Assembly (NCBI RefSeq): GCF_009834535.1
Contig: NC_045697.1
Location: 77,130,001 to 77,194,000, forward strand
Direction: 5' to 3'
Length of the DNA stretch: 64,000 nucleotides
DNA from: Camelus ferus
Lineage: Eukaryota
Below the pieces are notes generated by a model. The model was not told the origin of the DNA. It worked only from the letters and a program-made list of their open reading frames with translations, and did no database searches. This document shows positions 63,340-64,000 of this stretch, in pieces. Numbering within the stretch: position 1 is the first letter of the stretch; every line of letters starts with the position of its first letter. A program made the position numbers and the translations under genes.

Positions 63340-64000
63340 AAAGAGGCAGATCCAAATTTTGTGGAGCCTGGGATTATATAATTTGGGAGACTTTAAGAAA
63401 AATATAATAAAAAGTTAGGAATACAAAATTGGTGTGGTAATGAATATTTAGAGTGAGGAAATAAGTCATAAGTAGCAAATTTTTTAAAAGCATAAAACTC
63501 CCCCCAATAAAACATATTTAAAATTAGTTGCCCCTATACATCACTGTCATACTTTTTTCTCCCTGCCAGCTTTTTGGCTACATTCCCTTTAACTATCTTT
63601 TCATAGGACAACAATTTTGTAATACTTTTTAAGTTTTTTAAGATGGGGGTGGATAATTAGATTTATTTGTTTATTTTTTTAATGGAGGTACTGGGGATTG
63701 AACCCAGGACCTCATGCATGCTAAGTATGTACTCTACTACTGAGCTGGACCCTACTCCCCTTGTAATACTTTCTATAGAGAGAATGGAAAAGATCATATT
63801 CTGTAGCACTGTAGTTTAGAAAAGTGTCTCTAAGCTTTACAACTCACTATTGGTAATGTCATGTCAATTCTTAAAAGTGTTTTTCGTATATGAGCTGTAA
63901 CATTTGGAAGACTATTCCACAGACTAGCTTCTGGGCATTCATTTCACGTGTTGCTTCTTTTTACTAGCCACACACCCAGGTAACCTGGGGAGTCAACAAA
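63340..64000. mobile_element. MER45-like hAT element interrupted by a SINE
   Basis: agaggcagatccaaattttgtggagcctg...tttaagaaaaa...aatacaaaatt. Confidence 0.55.
63629..63760 (-). mobile_element. tRNA-Ala-derived SINE (Vic-1-like)
   Basis: ggaggtactggggattgaacccaggacctcatgcatgctaag...; TSD TTGTAATACTTT at 63617-63628 and 63761-63772. Confidence 0.92.

Noticed and set aside
1..64000. CRISPR arrays, operons or another novel multi-gene system
   Set aside because: This is a mammalian single-gene locus; the other ORFs are short and are explained by exon overlap, repeats or chance.

Overview
This is AT-rich mammalian genomic DNA, most likely camelid: the only young SINE is a tRNA-Ala-derived Vic-1-like family, and I saw no Alu, B1 or BovB. 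The window holds the 3' 22 coding exons of SEC24B (COPII cargo adaptor) on the + strand, from 5500 to the stop codon at 54365-54367. These correspond to exons 3-24 in human numbering (numbering from memory). All introns are GT-AG, the phases are consistent, and the exons join into an intact 2897-nt partial CDS; the 5' exons lie upstream of the window. A 3'UTR follows, with a proximal ATTAAA and distal tandem AATAAA signals. The rest is intronic or intergenic repeat: L1, L2, MIR, MaLR, ERV1 solo LTR, ERVL pol remnant, Tigger and hAT MITEs, microsatellites. I see no new biological system. The most interesting items are a chimeric U6 retropseudogene carrying a 38-nt hairpin-forming foreign tail, an apparent lineage-specific loss of the exon-3 splice acceptor, a SINE and an L1 inserted tail-to-tail at one target site, and an inverted SINE pair flanking exons 19-23. 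Boundaries and family names of old repeats are judged by eye and are approximate.
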